A stretch of DNA of 62,907 nt, counting the filler, from Acetivibrio sp. (GTDB taxonomy: Bacteria; Bacillota; Clostridia; Acetivibrionales; Acetivibrionaceae), in NCBI RefSeq assembly GCF_035371925.1. It is 5 parts of 5 records of this genome, joined end to end, with 100 filler letters (N's around TTAATTAATTAA, not from the genome) between each part and the next. Parts side by side here need not be neighbours in the genome. Positions count along the whole stretch, not along the records: positions 25,655 to 38,180 come from NZ_DAORXT010000085.1; positions 38,281 to 50,563 come from NZ_DAORXT010000086.1; 3 more parts are not named here. One strand, given 5' to 3'. Every line of letters starts with the position of its first letter. Positions within the stretch are counted from its first letter, which is position 1. The position numbers and the translations under genes were made by a program. The notes below the pieces were generated by a model. It was not told where the DNA came from. It was given only the letters and a program-made list of their open reading frames with translations, and did no database searches. Below are positions 31,361 through 41,482 of the stretch, piece by piece.

Positions 31361-31640
31361 AATCTACCTCCCAAACATTTAAAATAATTTATATATCCAA
31401 GCTGTTTTTAAAGCTTGGTTAGAAACTCAGTTCAAAACTTCTGCTTAAAATATAAATAACCAAGTCAAATTTTTATCTCTCATCTATATAATATTATAAC
31501 TTATTTTAAGCAGTTTGTCTTATTATTTCTATGTTCATTTCGATATAAAAACCAATCCGTCCGAAGGATTGATAAATTATTAACAATATGATATCATTTA
31601 ATTGGAGATTATAATTTTAATACAGATATGGTGATGCATT

Positions 31641-32684
31641 ATGATAAACTTGATTGATAAACTTTCAACCGAACACAATCTGTCGTACGATGAAATGTAC
31701 CGGCTCATTGAGAATAGAAATGAAGAGCTTGCCAATTATCTTTTTGAAAAGGCAAGGCAGGTCCGTATTCTCCATTACGGATATGATGTTTATATGCGCG
31801 GCCTTATTGAATTTACCAATTACTGCAGAAATGACTGCTACTATTGCGGAATAAGGAAAAGCAATTGCAATTCCGACAGGTACCGTCTTTCAAAAGAACA
31901 GATGCTTGAGTGCTGTGACACAGGATATGAACTGGGCTTTCGCACCTTTGTTCTTCAAGGGGGAGAGGACGGTTATTATACCGACGAAATGCTGGCGGAT
32001 ATAGTAAGCAGTATTAAAGTAAAATATCCTGATTGTGCTATTACTCTCTCTCTCGGTGAGAGAAGCTATGAGAGCTATAAATTGCTTTATGAGGCAGGAG
32101 CCGACAGATATCTTCTTCGTCATGAGACAGCAAATGCTGACCACTATTCAAAGCTTCATCCGCCGATTCTGTCTCTTGAAAACAGAAAGCAATGCCTTTA
32201 CAATCTCAAAGAGATAGGCTATCAGGTAGGCTGCGGTTTTATGGTTGGTTCACCATTTCAGACCACAGAATGTCTTGTCGATGACTTAATGTTCATAAAA
32301 GAATTGGAGCCTCATATGGTGGGAATAGGTCCGTTTATTCCCCACAAGGATACTCCCTTTGCCGACAAGCCTTCCGGTACACTGGATCTGACATTGTTTC
32401 TTCTCGGCATTATACGCCTGATGTTACCCTATGTCCTCCTTCCGGCTACCACTGCCCTCGGTACGATACACCCTAAAGGCAGGGAATTGGGTATTCTTGC
32501 CGGTGCAAATGTGGTAATGCCCAACCTTTCACCCAGAGAGGTCAGAAACAAGTACCTCTTATACGACAATAAAATCTGTACCGGGGATGAAGCCGCAGAG
32601 TGCAGAATGTGCCTTACACGCCGTATAGAAAGCATCGGATACAAATTAGTTGTTTCAAGAGGCGACTGCAAGAAAATGGGCTGA
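31641..32684 (+). CDS. hydE: [FeFe]-hydrogenase maturase HydE (radical SAM)
   Basis: CRNDCYYC, LQGGED, GANVVMPNL, YLLYDNKIC and C-terminal Cys cluster. Confidence 0.8.
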   Translation: MINLIDKLSTEHNLSYDEMYRLIENRNEELANYLFEKARQVRILHYGYDVYMRGLIEFTNYCRNDCYYCGIRKSNCNSDRYRLSKEQMLECCDTGYELGFRTFVLQGGEDGYYTDEMLADIVSSIKVKYPDCAITLSLGERSYESYKLLYEAGADRYLLRHETANADHYSKLHPPILSLENRKQCLYNLKEIGYQVGCGFMVGSPFQTTECLVDDLMFIKELEPHMVGIGPFIPHKDTPFADKPSGTLDLTLFLLGIIRLMLPYVLLPATTALGTIHPKGRELGILAGANVVMPNLSPREVRNKYLLYDNKICTGDEAAECRMCLTRRIESIGYKLVVSRGDCKKMG

Positions 32685-32826
32685 TAAAAAAACGTACCAA
32701 TAAAAGATAGCAAGCGAAAAAGAAAACTGTGTTTTTTGATAATCAAAAGCGACAGGTAATAACGCCCATCGCTTTTGCTTTTTGAGTTAATATATAAAAT
32801 AGGAAGGCTGAATTTAGTGAAATCTA

Positions 32827-33762
32827 CTATGCATCTTGGAATAATACAGTGGATAAATATCTCTCTCCAGTATCGGGAAGTAAAACTACAATGTTCTTTC
32901 CTTTATTTTCAGGCCTTTTCGCAATTTGCGTTGCAGCAAAAGCTGCAGCACCCGAGGATATTCCTACCAAAAGGCCTTCTGTTCTGGCAAGTTTTCTGGA
33001 TGTTTCAAAGGCCTCTTCATTTTTAACCTTGAATATCTCATCCACAACCGAACGGTTGAAATTATCCGGTACAAAGCCTGCACCTATTCCCTGTATCTTG
33101 TGAGGACCCTTGTTTCCTCCGGATAAAACCGGTGAATCAAAAGGCTCTACTGCAACAATCTTAACATCGGGCTTTCTCTCCTTTAATACTTCACCTACTC
33201 CGGAAATTGTTCCTCCTGTGCCGACTCCCCCTACAAATATGTCCACCTTGCCGTCAGTGTCTCTCCAGATTTCCTCGGCTGTTGTCTTTCTATGAATCGC
33301 AGGATTTGCAGGGTTTGAAAACTGTTGCGGTATAAAGGAATTAGGTATCTGGGATGCCAGTTCCTCAGCCTTTTTGATGGCGCCTCCCATTCCGTCGGCT
33401 CCCGGTGTAAGCACCAGTTCTGCGCCTAAAGCCTTGAGAAGATTTCTTCTTTCAATACTCATAGTATCGGGCATTGTAAGTATAACCCTGTATCCTCTTG
33501 CAGCGGCAACAAAAGCCAAGGCAATACCTGTATTTCCGCTAGTCGGCTCAATGATAACCGTATCTTTGTTTATGAGTCCCTTTTCTTCTGCATCTTTTAT
33601 CATTGCATAACCAATCCTGTCCTTTACACTGGACGCAGGATTGAAGTATTCCAGCTTCGCTATCAAGACTGCTTCGAGATTGTTTGCTTTGTTATAATTG
33701 GTTAACTCCAAAAGCGGGGTATTTCCTATAAGCTCTGTCAGATTCTTAGCTATTTTAGCCAT
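32827..33762 (-). CDS. cysK: Cysteine synthase A
   Basis: SVKDRIG (PLP Lys), [31 protein letters not shown]. Confidence 0.97.
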   Translation of the reverse strand: MAKIAKNLTELIGNTPLLELTNYNKANNLEAVLIAKLEYFNPASSVKDRIGYAMIKDAEEKGLINKDTVIIEPTSGNTGIALAFVAAARGYRVILTMPDTMSIERRNLLKALGAELVLTPGADGMGGAIKKAEELASQIPNSFIPQQFSNPANPAIHRKTTAEEIWRDTDGKVDIFVGGVGTGGTISGVGEVLKERKPDVKIVAVEPFDSPVLSGGNKGPHKIQGIGAGFVPDNFNRSVVDEIFKVKNEEAFETSRKLARTEGLLVGISSGAAAFAATQIAKRPENKGKNIVVLLPDTGERYLSTVLFQDA

Positions 33763-33842
33763 TTCGTCACCTCCAGATCAACGAATCCAAATTATTCATA
33801 TATGTTTTGTTGTTTTTATTTTATTACTTTTACACTTATTTG

Positions 33843-35986
<2,144 letters not shown>

Positions 35987-36016
35987 TTATTGAATTTGTC
36001 GTGTTTGACATAAAAA

Positions 36017-36466
36017 TTATATGTAATACATTGTGCTGTCAATGCCATTACGCTTTCTGTAATCTTCCGCCAAATCCTCCAATGTCACGGAATCCACCAA
36101 TTCATTGAGACTACTGTTCATTTTCTCCCAAACGTTGACCCTGATACATTTTCGTATAGCCGACTCATTTCCCGAGGAATTTTCATCATTTTCGTCCGTA
36201 ACCGAAAGAGGACCTTCAAGAACCCTTAAAATTCTGCCCACCTTTATATCAGACGGACTTTCAGCCAATACATAGCCTCCTTGGGCACCCTTGGCACTTT
36301 TAACAAGTCCCGATTTCCTAAGGGTGGAAAATACCTGTTCCAGGTAATTTGTAGAAATTCCCTGCCTTTCCGCAATACTTGCCAATGTGACGTGCTCCCC
36401 GTTGGAGTACACCGCAAGGTCAATCATTGCCCTAAGGCCATATCTTCCCTTGGTTGAGAACCTCAA
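36017..36466 (-). CDS. Rrf2 family regulator, CymR-like (no Cys triad)
   Basis: STKGRYGLRAM, GAQGGY, ends MYYI. Confidence 0.9.
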   Translation of the reverse strand: MRFSTKGRYGLRAMIDLAVYSNGEHVTLASIAERQGISTNYLEQVFSTLRKSGLVKSAKGAQGGYVLAESPSDIKVGRILRVLEGPLSVTDENDENSSGNESAIRKCIRVNVWEKMNSSLNELVDSVTLEDLAEDYRKRNGIDSTMYYI

Positions 36467-36524
36467 TCAATCCACCTCTTTTCCTGCCAAACTTATATAT
36501 TTTTATTTTACTATTATTCTACCA

Positions 36525-36995
36525 CTAAATATAATAATCTAACTCTATATTTTGAGAAATACTGCTGTTGTAGCATTTTACCAAATCTTCGATAGTAATG
36601 GAATTTGCCACGTCATTCAAGGTGTTCATAATCCCCTCCCAGAAGCTTCGTGCCGTGCAATTCTCAAACCTATCGCAGTTGCTCTTCGAGCGTTTTACTT
36701 TCTCGGCAATACAGGGAACCGGCGCCAAGGGACCCTCAAGCACCGTTAAAATATCGCCCACTGTTATTTGTGAAGGGTCCCGGGCAAGAACATATCCTCC
36801 TTGGGCTCCCCTTATACTTTCAACTATCCCAGCTCGCCTTAAAATTAAAAAAATCTGCAATATATACGCCTCAGACATCTCGCATCTTTCGGCTATGCTT
36901 TTTAGATTCACACGTCCTTCAGATGAATGGATTGCAAGGTCAACAATGGCCTCCAATCCATATCTGCCCTTTGTAGAGATTTTCAAGCTGATCAC
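36525..36995 (-). CDS. Rrf2 family regulator, IscR-like (Cys triad)
   Basis: STKGRYGLEA, GAQGGY, PC...NC...NC, ends DYYI. Confidence 0.9.
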   Translation of the reverse strand: MISLKISTKGRYGLEAIVDLAIHSSEGRVNLKSIAERCEMSEAYILQIFLILRRAGIVESIRGAQGGYVLARDPSQITVGDILTVLEGPLAPVPCIAEKVKRSKSNCDRFENCTARSFWEGIMNTLNDVANSITIEDLVKCYNSSISQNIELDYYI

Positions 36996-37032
36996 TCCTA
37001 TTACTTGTCTGTTACCTCTCCTACCCTTTATC

Positions 37033-37950
37033 TTATTTTAACTCATTTAAGTCAAACGGTGTCTCCTGGTATACATAATAGTTCAGCCAGTTTGAAAACA
37101 GGAGATTTGCATGCCCTCTCCATTTAACAACCGGTGCTTTGGCCGGATCATCGTCCGGGAAGTAATTCTTGGGCATTTTTATATCAAGTCCCTTTGACAA
37201 ATCCCTATCATATTCCTCTTTCAAGGTAAATTGGTCATACTCGGAATGGCCGGTCACAAAAACCTGCCTTCCGCCGTCAGTCTTCATAATATATACTCCC
37301 GCTTCCTCCGAGTCGGAAAGAATATCAATTTCTCCCACCTTTTCGATATCTTCTCTCCTTACCTCAGTATGTCTGGAATGCGGAGCATAAAAACAATCGT
37401 CAAATCCCCTTAAAAGCATTGTATTGGGCTTGCAAATGCGGTGTTCAAATATACCGAACATTTTTTCCTTCAAAGGGTATTTTTTTATGCCATAATGATG
37501 ATACAACGCCGCCTGAGCACCCCAGCAAATGTGAAATGTGGAATACACATTGCGAAGGCTCCAGTCCATTATCATTTTCAGCTCTTCCCAGTAATTGACC
37601 TCTTCAAAAGGCATTTGTTCCACCGGTGCACCGGTAATTATAAGCCCGTCAAATTTCTCATCTTTTACTTCATCAAAGGTTTTATAAAATTTTGTTAAAT
37701 GTTCTTCCGGAGTATTCTTTGATACATGGGTTTTCGGATGCAAAAGCTCTATTTCAACCTGAATAGGGGTATTTCCAATCAAGCGAAGAAGCTGTGTCTC
37801 CGTAGTAATCTTTGTAGGCATCAGATTCAGTATCGCAATTCTAAGCGGCCTGACATCCTGGTGCAGGGCCCTTTGCTCGTCCATTACAAATATATTCTCG
37901 TTGTTCAGTACTTCTTTAGCAGGCAAACTATCAGGTATTTTAATTGGCAT
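37033..37950 (-). CDS. metA: Homoserine O-acetyltransferase (MetA family, acetyl-type)
   Basis: LNLMP, GAPVE (Glu at the specificity position indicates acetyl), HICWG, TGHSEYD. Confidence 0.95.
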   Translation of the reverse strand: MPIKIPDSLPAKEVLNNENIFVMDEQRALHQDVRPLRIAILNLMPTKITTETQLLRLIGNTPIQVEIELLHPKTHVSKNTPEEHLTKFYKTFDEVKDEKFDGLIITGAPVEQMPFEEVNYWEELKMIMDWSLRNVYSTFHICWGAQAALYHHYGIKKYPLKEKMFGIFEHRICKPNTMLLRGFDDCFYAPHSRHTEVRREDIEKVGEIDILSDSEEAGVYIMKTDGGRQVFVTGHSEYDQFTLKEEYDRDLSKGLDIKMPKNYFPDDDPAKAPVVKWRGHANLLFSNWLNYYVYQETPFDLNELK

Positions 37951-38027
37951 GTATCAAACCTCCTATGCATAATTTACCCATAACTTCGATCTCCTATATA
38001 TCATTATTAATAGCAATTATAGCACGA

Positions 38028-38126
38028 TTAAATACCTTTTGGCAATGTTATAAGAAATTCCGTTCCCTCATTTATTTTACTGTAAACCTCTATATGCCCA
38101 TTATGGGCTTCGACAATGGTTTTTGC
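38028..38126 (-). pseudogene. C-terminal 32 codons of a histidine kinase (HATPase_c), truncated
   Basis: AKTIVEAHNGHIEVYSKINEGTEFLITLPKGI*; the expected GLGL upstream is replaced by unrelated DNA. Confidence 0.75.
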
Positions 38127-38180
38127 GGGAGTTTGACAGTTAGTTGCTAAAAATTAAAAAGTAAAACGTCTGAAACCCAT
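38126..38180. mobile_element. Probable IS terminus at the contig edge (CGGGAGTTTGACAGTTAG..., possibly IS1634-like)
   Basis: Abrupt junction with the kinase frame, and the contig ends 55 nt later; the family guess is from memory only. Confidence 0.4.
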
Positions 38181-38280
38181 NNNNNNNNNNNNNNNNNNNN
38201 NNNNNNNNNNNNNNNNNNNNNNNNTTAATTAATTAANNNNNNNNNNNNNNNNNNNNNNNNNNNNNNNNNNNNNNNNNNNN
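38181..38280. other. Artificial contig linker
   Basis: N run with central TTAATTAATTAA. Confidence 0.98.
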
Positions 38281-38286
38281 TTAAAA

Positions 38287-38332
38287 CAGGGTTCTGTAAG
38301 ATTTTGTAAGGCAATTAAACTTGCAATTTAAA
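38287..38332 (+). repeat. 46-bp repeat at the contig edge, probable IS end
   Basis: Identical to the reverse complement of 62862-62907. Confidence 0.8.
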
Positions 38333-38419
38333 ATTAAAAATATAAAAGTAAAAACCAGTTTACACTTAAGTTATATTGTGATAACATTTGGTAAATAACT
38401 TTTGAAGTGAGGTGTAGTA

Positions 38420-38452
38420 ATGATGAATGTTCAATTTGCAGATAGGATGAAT
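38420..38452 (+). pseudogene. 5' fragment (codons 1-11, MMNVQFADRMN) of the split PLP aminotransferase
   Basis: GAGGTG RBS and TTTACA-N17-TAACAT promoter upstream; joins in frame to 39855 (NLHKSFIREILK). Confidence 0.85.
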
Positions 38453-38703
38453 AATGTCAAACAACAAAGAATTAAATTTGAACTATTAGCAAAACACAAA
38501 ATAAATAAAAGATGTCCGCCAATGTCCGTTTCAAAAGTGTTATAATGATAGTGTGAAAGGCTGTCAACAAATTAATACTCCCCTAACTTACCTCCAGATT
38601 GGAGGTATTTTTTTTATTTGTTTGTATTATTTGTTTGTGTTATAATGGAGTTAATGCAAGAAAAATGAAAAATGAATTATTTTTAGAAGAGGGGGAGATA
38701 AGC

Positions 38704-38865
38704 ATGAAGGATGAAAAGGATAAAAAGATTAAATTTATAGAGTTTGCTTTGAAGACTGAATTACCTGAAAAAGAATTTTCAACAGAAGAAACATCGCTTA
38801 AAATAATTTCAAGTGCTGCAATAAAACGAAAATTTAGGGATTACGTTATGATGAAGTGTAATTAA
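38704..38865 (+). CDS. 53-aa hypothetical protein (moron-like)
   Basis: TGnTATAAT at 38638-38646, GGGGGAG RBS, terminator GAGCC-TTTG-GGCTC-T6 at 38869-38888. Confidence 0.55.
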   Translation: MKDEKDKKIKFIEFALKTELPEKEFSTEETSLKIISSAAIKRKFRDYVMMKCN

Positions 38866-38913
38866 TTGAGCCTTTGGGCTCTTTTTTATTGGCGAAAGCT
38901 ATGAGCGAAAAAC

Positions 38914-39114
38914 TCATAGCTTTCTAGCGAGAACGTCTTCTTTGAAGAAAAGACGGTCACGTGGTATTACTCTGACTGGTATTAATTTTTTACGTTTTAC
39001 TAAGTCATCAATATTTTGCCTGGAGCAGCCGAGGATCTCAGCTGCTTCCTTAGATGTTATTATGTTGTCAGCAATGAAAGCAATAAGTTCTTCTTTACTG
39101 TTGAAGTTGTACAT
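38914..39114 (-). CDS. Small helix-turn-helix DNA-binding protein (excisionase/HTH_17-like)
   Basis: IITSKEAAEILGCSRQNIDDLVKRKKL...RLFFKEDV; a 12-bp hairpin at 38894-38924 overlaps its stop. Confidence 0.8.
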   Translation of the reverse strand: MYNFNSKEELIAFIADNIITSKEAAEILGCSRQNIDDLVKRKKLIPVRVIPRDRLFFKEDVLARKL

Positions 39115-39115
39115 A

Positions 39116-39274
39116 TTACACCTTCTTTCTTTCTATAACAATATTTAGTATTAAAGCAACAGCAAGCAAAACGAATTTGATGTAATCTAGTACTGAAGGA
39201 TTAACAAAGTCACCGTCTAATATTTGGAGCAATACAAGTGCTATTAGAATGATAGTAGTTAAATTTTTATTCAT
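39116..39274 (-). CDS. 52-aa two-TM membrane peptide MNKNLTTIILIALVLLQILDGDFVNPSVLDYIKFVLLAVALILNIVIERKKV
   Basis: Translated by hand; two hydrophobic helices; stop 1 nt from the HTH start; no obvious Shine-Dalgarno. Confidence 0.6.
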   Translation of the reverse strand: MNKNLTTIILIALVLLQILDGDFVNPSVLDYIKFVLLAVALILNIVIERKKV

Positions 39275-39298
39275 ATAGTCGGGTGAATGTGATATAAT
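39270..39298 (+). promoter_or_regulatory. Antisense sigma-A promoter TTCATA-N17-TATAAT with extended -10
   Basis: TG at 39290-39291 and TATAAT at 39293-39298; fires into the peptide gene 39316-39435. Confidence 0.6.
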
Positions 39299-39315
39299 AT
39301 TTTTAGGGAGGGGAG

Positions 39316-39435
39316 TTATTTCCTCCCCTCTTCCTTGGACTTTGGTTTTTCCTTCTTGGTTAGTTCCTGTATCAGTTTGGCGGCTGTGAGGACTAACACT
39401 AGGATTTGAACCAAGTCCTTAATTTTTTCAATCAC
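39316..39435 (-). CDS. 39-aa type I toxin-like peptide MIEKIKDLVQILVLVLTAAKLIQELTKKEKPKSKEEGRK
   Basis: AAAGGAGG 8 nt before GTG (alternative ATG at 39441); hydrophobic helix and Lys-rich tail; GAGGGGAG/CTCCCCTC hairpin over the stop. Confidence 0.7.
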   Translation of the reverse strand: MIEKIKDLVQILVLVLTAAKLIQELTKKEKPKSKEEGRK

Positions 39436-39452
39436 CCTCATCACCTCCTTTC

Positions 39453-39489
39453 TAGTTATATTATAGCATAACTACTAGGAGGTTGTCAA
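39453..39489 (-). promoter_or_regulatory. Consensus promoter TTGACA-N18-TATAAT (TG-extended) with overlapping TAGTTAT-N8-ATAACTA palindrome
   Basis: -35 at 39484-39489, -10 at 39460-39465, inverted repeat at 39453-39459/39468-39474. Confidence 0.75.
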
Positions 39490-39603
39490 GTAGATTTGCA
39501 TAAAAATTTCTATAAAATCAAGTAATTGAATATAAAATTTGTCGAAAGTTCGCAGGAGGATATTCCCCTTCTGCGGAGAATTTAGGGATGGAAAGGGGGA
39601 TAT

Positions 39604-39775
39604 ATATAATAAAGCAAGAAGAATTCACAGGGGGTTGTTTAAAAGCAATGAAGGTAGGTTAATAAATGCTGATTTAAACGGTAGTTTGCAAATAATGAAA
39701 AAAGTATTTCCCAAAGCATTTGCAGAGGGAATAGAGGATGTTGGGTTACATCCAGTTAGAGTAAATGTAGTTTAA
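39604..39775 (+). pseudogene. tnpB: 3' remnant of IS200/IS605 TnpB (RNA-guided nuclease)
   Basis: YNKARRIHRGLFKSNEGRLINADLNGSLQIMKKVFP, the C-terminal RuvC-III NAD motif; the rest of the gene is absent. Confidence 0.8.
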
Positions 39776-39807
39776 TTAAATTAAAGTTATATTGACTAAC
39801 AAACAAT

Positions 39808-39849
39808 TTTTATTAAAGTTTTTAACATTATGTATTAACTTTAATAAAA
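39808..39849 (+). mobile_element. Subterminal right-end hairpin of the IS605-like element
   Basis: TTTTATTAAAGTT-N16-AACTTTAATAAAA, 5 nt before the junction. Confidence 0.6.
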
Positions 39850-39854
39850 TTGAT

Positions 39855-41006
39855 AACCTTCACAAATCTTTTATCAGAGAGATTCTTAAAGTAACTGTCA
39901 ATCCGGAAGTAATATCCTTTGCAGGCGGCCTTCCCAATCCAGCCTCATTTCCGGTTGAAGCAGTCGAGAAAGCCACCCAAAAGGTTTTAAATGATGATGG
40001 CAGCAGCGTACTTCAATATAGCACTACAGAGGGATATTTGCCCCTTAGACAATATATTGCCGAAAGATATTTGAAGAAAAAAGGCATAATTATTGACCCA
40101 GATGAAATATTAATCACTAACGGTTCTCAACAAGGACTTGATTTGATCGGAAAGGTCCTTTTAAATAAAAATGACGATATTATTTTGGAGGAGCCTGGGT
40201 ATTTGGGTGCCATTCAAGCCCTTTCAATTTTTGAACCTAAAATTCATACTGTTCCGTTGCGCGATGATGGAATTGACATAAATTTGCTAGAAGAAGTTTT
40301 AAAGAAGTATAATCCCAAGCTGTTCTATGCTGTTCCTAATTTTCAAAATCCCTCGGGAATTACATACACAGCTCAAAATAGAGAGAGCGTAGCCAACGTA
40401 TTGAAAAATACCGGTACGATTTTTGTTGAAGATGACCCATATGGAGAGCTAAGATTTATGGGGGAAGATGTGCCGTCAATGAAGACTTATCTGGGCGATA
40501 ATGTCATTCTCTTGGGTTCATTTTCAAAAATCATAGCACCGGGAATGCGCCTTGGATGGATATGCGCAAAACGTGAAATAATGGAGAAACTGATAATTGC
40601 AAAGCAAGCTTCGGATTTACACACAAATTATTTTTCTCAAAGGGTTGTCTATCAGTATTTGGTTGACAACGATATTGACAGCCATATCAAAAAGATTACG
40701 GAATTGTACATGGAGCAGAGAAATTGCATGGTTTCAATGATTGAAAAATATTTTCCCAAAGATGTTAAAAGCACCAAGCCGGAAGGTGGAATGTTTTTAT
40801 GGGCAACTTTGCCTGAAGGATTTTCCTCATTGGAATTATTTGAAATAGCATCAAAGAAGAATGTTGCCTTTGTTCCCGGTGACCCGTTCTATATTAATAA
40901 AAAAGGAACAAATACAATGAGATTAAATTACACAAACTCTACCGAAGAAAAGATAGAAGAGGGAATAAAACGATTGTCGGAAGCTATAAAACAGCTTATA
41001 AAGTAA
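39855..41006 (+). pseudogene. PLP-dependent aminotransferase (class I/II, LysN/Aro8-like), 3' part separated from its start
   Basis: ISFAGGLP, EDDPYGEL, GSFSKIIAPGMRLGW, MRLNY; the TTG start at 39792 has no RBS and adds IS-derived residues. Confidence 0.85.
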
Positions 41007-41046
41007 AATGTATAAAAAATCATTAAAATTTCTGTTTCTTATGTTC

Positions 41047-41106
41047 TTGACACTTTGGTCTATTTAATATAGACTAATAATATAAAGTCTATATTAAATA
41101 GACCAA
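41047..41106 (+). promoter_or_regulatory. blaI-like promoter with double operator
   Basis: TTGACA at 41047 and TAGACT at 41070; perfect 21-bp inverted repeat at 41055-41075/41086-41106, each arm GTCTA-N7-TAGAC. Confidence 0.8.
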
Positions 41107-41117
41107 GGAGGATTGGC

Positions 41118-41480
41118 ATGAAGGAATATAAACTTGCAGAAAGTGAAAAAAAGTTTGCGGAATTAATTTGGCAGAACGAGCCCATTGGTTCCGGGGAGCT
41201 TGTGAAGCTGTGTGAAAAAGAAATGAATTGGAAGAAGTCCACAACATACACAGTACTCAAAAAGCTATGCGAAAAGGGCATTTTTCAAAACAAAGATGCT
41301 GTGGTTACATCTCTTATTACAAAGGATGAATATTACGCCAAGCAAAGTGTGCATTTTGTTGAAGATATCTTCGGAGGCTCCTTGCCGAAGTTTCTGACAG
41401 CCTTTGTCAGCGGTAAAAAGATTAGCAAACAACAGGCTGAAGAGCTGAAAAGGCTGATTGACGAGCACAAGGAGGAGTAA
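41118..41480 (+). CDS. BlaI/MecI/CopY family repressor
   Basis: WKKSTTYTVLKKLCEKG, FGGSLPKFL. Confidence 0.92.
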   Translation: MKEYKLAESEKKFAELIWQNEPIGSGELVKLCEKEMNWKKSTTYTVLKKLCEKGIFQNKDAVVTSLITKDEYYAKQSVHFVEDIFGGSLPKFLTAFVSGKKISKQQAEELKRLIDEHKEE

Positions 41481-41482
41481 CA

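Larger units (their letters stand above)
38453..39854. mobile_element. 1,402-bp cargo insertion ending in an IS200/IS605 tnpB remnant and right-end hairpin
   Basis: Removal restores a 394-aa aminotransferase; ATAA at both junctions (38451-38454 and 39853-39856). Confidence 0.8.

Noticed and set aside
31641..32684. Biotin synthase BioB
   Set aside because: The YLLYDNK motif and C-terminal Cys cluster fit HydE, and no bio genes are nearby.
37951..38027. S-box or T-box riboswitch ahead of metA
   Set aside because: No conserved riboswitch motifs, and the space is too short.
38287..38332. CRISPR repeat
   Set aside because: There is no repeat-spacer periodicity and no cas genes; single copies sit at contig ends.
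39539..39603. 78-aa ORF as an intact gene
   Set aside because: Only the last ~56 codons are TnpB-like; the N-terminal part is chance read-through.
38453..39854. IStron (group I intron plus tnpB) that would splice out and restore the gene
   Set aside because: No junction register gives both a 5' exon ending in U and a terminal G, and no group I core (P7/J6-7) is recognisable.
39792..39854. ORF-track N-terminus MTNKQFLLK of the aminotransferase
   Set aside because: It has no SD and consists of IS right-end hairpin DNA; the real start is at 38420.
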